Positions 62,293 to 64,000 of a DNA stretch of 64,000 nucleotides are shown piece after piece (positions within the stretch are counted from its first letter, which is position 1; every line of letters begins with the position of its first letter). The stretch is from Terriglobia bacterium. Lineage in GTDB: Bacteria; Acidobacteriota; Terriglobia; 2-12-FULL-54-10. The position numbers and the translations under genes are program-made. The DNA lies in contig CBDCTS010000007.1 in the NCBI GenBank assembly GCA_965222345.1, forward strand, positions 191,076 through 255,075, in the 5' to 3' direction. The notes under the pieces were generated by a model that was not told where the DNA came from, ran no database searches, and was given only the letters and a program-made list of their open reading frames with translations.

Positions 62293-62399
62293 TCGTTTTA
62301 CCTCCTAAATTGTCAGGATTGGCCTGCCCCATACTATCACAACTTACTTTTGGGGTGAACTTTTGTACCGTCCCCTTTGTCCTGTAATAAGATGTTTAG

Positions 62400-64000
62400 C
62401 CACAAGTCCAGTTGCTTCTACTACACCCGCATTTCCCGTTTGAAATCGTAGAAGCAACCCTCGACTAACCTCCAACATCAATATTGATGCGGGTTCCAGC
62501 ATCAACATTGCATTCCGGAGGTGTATACCTAATGGGTGAGAGCCAAAAACAGGCATTTCAACTGTCATTCAACCGGTTTTTGCGGGTTGCCTTTCAAGGA
62601 TCGCGAGTGACATCCAACGGTGGGCTGATTCTGGTGCGAGAGCTGGACGAGCGATTGGGATTCGATGAACTCGTCGAACAGCACTTGACCGACTCTCGGG
62701 CAAACAATGCGCGGTTGTCTTTTGCGGACCTACTTCGACAGTCGGTCTACAGCCGTCTGGCTGGATACGAGGATGTGAACGATGCCGAGCGGCTATCTCA
62801 GGACCCGGCGTTGCGGCTGATCGGTTCGGAGAAGATTTGGGATCGAGGGGCGGCTCTGACTTCTCGGTTGCAGACCTTCGAGACGGAGATGCTGGCTGAG
62901 GAAGGGAACTTCGCAGGGCTGGCACGGGTGAACCGGGAACTGATCGGCAGAGCAGAAGCAATCCATTCGCACTACCGAACTGTGCTGGACATGGATTCGA
63001 CCGAGATTCCGGTCTACGGGGAGCAGGAGAATAGCGCCTACAACGGGCACTTCGAGTCCACCTGCTATCACCCCCTGCTGTTATTCAATCGAGACGGCGA
63101 CTGTCTGGCTGCCAAATTGCGACCGGGCAACGTCCACAGCGCCGAGGAATGGGAAGAACTTCTCCTGCCGGAGATCGAGCGGCAGCAGAAGCGGGGCAAG
63201 GAGGTGGTATTTCGTGCCGACGCGGCCTTTGCGAAGCCGGAGATTTACGAGGCGTTGGAGAAGCGGGGTGTGAAGTATGCCATCCGCATCCCTTCCAACG
63301 AGAACCTCCAGCGGGACATCGAGGAGTTGCTGAAACGTCCGGTAGGAAGGCCGGGCCAGAAGCCGTTGGTGGAGTACAAGGGGTTTCTGTACCAAGCCGA
63401 GAGTTGGAAGACGGCCCGACGGGTGGTAGCCAAGGTAGAACATCATCCGGGGGAGTTGTTCCCGCGAGTGGGGTTCATTGTGACGAACCTGACGCTTCCG
63501 AGTCGAGCGGTGGTGCGGTTCTATAATAAGCGAGGGACAGCAGAGCAGTGGATTAAGGAAGGCAAGCAGGCGGTGAAGATGACGCGGCTCAGTTGCCATC
63601 GGTTCCGGTCCAACGAGGTACGGCTGTGGCTGACCATCATTGCCTATAATCTGGGAAATCTGTGGCGGCGACTGGTGCTGCCACAGAGAATCGGGAACTG
63701 GTCCTTGACGAGCTTGCAGCAGCGGTTGGTGAAAACCGGAGGACGCCTGATTAAGCATGCCCGCTACTATTGGCTATTGCTGGCAGAGAGCCATCTGACT
63801 CGGCGGCTGTTTGCCAGCATGCTGGGGCGGATAAATGGGCTGTCGCTTCCGTCGGGATAGCCTAGCCTGCGGCACCCAATAAAATGATTCCGATATCCCC
63901 CGGGAATGGAGGGGTGTCTGAAAAAGCTGGTTCTGGAAGCCGAGGCGATGGGTTTTTGGGGACTCGGAAAGAGCGGCTGGAAGCCGCTGGCAGTATCTCG
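62400..64000 (+). mobile_element. IS1380-family insertion sequence (right end probably outside or at the window edge)
   Basis: Single transposase ORF flanked by non-coding sequence; terminal inverted repeats could not be confirmed by eye. Confidence 0.5.
62484..63860 (+). CDS. IS1380-family DDE transposase
   Basis: The N-terminal VTSNGGLILVRELDERLG motif and the C-terminal RFYNKRGTAEQWIKEGK motif are hallmarks of the IS1380 family; about 440-458 aa. The probable true start is the internal MGESQKQ. Confidence 0.8.
   Translation: MMRVPASTLHSGGVYLMGESQKQAFQLSFNRFLRVAFQGSRVTSNGGLILVRELDERLGFDELVEQHLTDSRANNARLSFADLLRQSVYSRLAGYEDVNDAERLSQDPALRLIGSEKIWDRGAALTSRLQTFETEMLAEEGNFAGLARVNRELIGRAEAIHSHYRTVLDMDSTEIPVYGEQENSAYNGHFESTCYHPLLLFNRDGDCLAAKLRPGNVHSAEEWEELLLPEIERQQKRGKEVVFRADAAFAKPEIYEALEKRGVKYAIRIPSNENLQRDIEELLKRPVGRPGQKPLVEYKGFLYQAESWKTARRVVAKVEHHPGELFPRVGFIVTNLTLPSRAVVRFYNKRGTAEQWIKEGKQAVKMTRLSCHRFRSNEVRLWLTIIAYNLGNLWRRLVLPQRIGNWSLTSLQQRLVKTGGRLIKHARYYWLLLAESHLTRRLFASMLGRINGLSLPSG

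Overview
High-GC (about 60%) chromosomal segment. The gene content (CarboxypepD_reg-type TonB-dependent receptor, many secreted Amidohydro_3 paralogues, DtxR/FeoAB iron module) suggests Acidobacteriota; that assignment is an inference.

The first 23 kb is a conserved housekeeping backbone: rpe, a BamD-like lipoprotein, recG, tilS-ftsH-folP, a lipoate-dependent lpdA-lipB-E2 cluster, the phoH-ybeY-corC-era block and an LLM oxidoreductase. It is interrupted at 6.1-9.0 kb by an AT-rich region that looks like a decayed integrated element: a P4-type integrase N-terminal fragment, a DUF169 cargo gene, frameshifted gene remnants and a 'CCGAAT' tandem-repeat element. That repeat element has a second, inverted copy at 54.1 kb.

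23-33 kb holds an NtrY/NtrX-like two-component pair, two orphan Dpp/Opp-type ABC permeases and an unusual iron-uptake module: a cytoplasmic DtxR divergent from a membrane-anchored DtxR-FeoA-FeoA fusion gene, followed by a feoB split into two ORFs that overlap by ATGA. A palindromic iron-box-like operator lies in the divergent region.

33-58 kb is an accessory nutrient-scavenging region. It contains a DASS/SLC13 permease, a 1074-aa TonB-dependent receptor, four tandem secreted amidohydrolase paralogues plus two more nearby (one with a C-terminal IPT/TIG-like domain), a signal-peptide M18 aminopeptidase, a DsbA-like oxidoreductase and a Tat-exported IorAB-type molybdoenzyme.

The window ends with an alpha/beta hydrolase, two unknown secreted proteins and an IS1380-family transposase. 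No rRNA, CRISPR array or convincing tRNA was found by eye.
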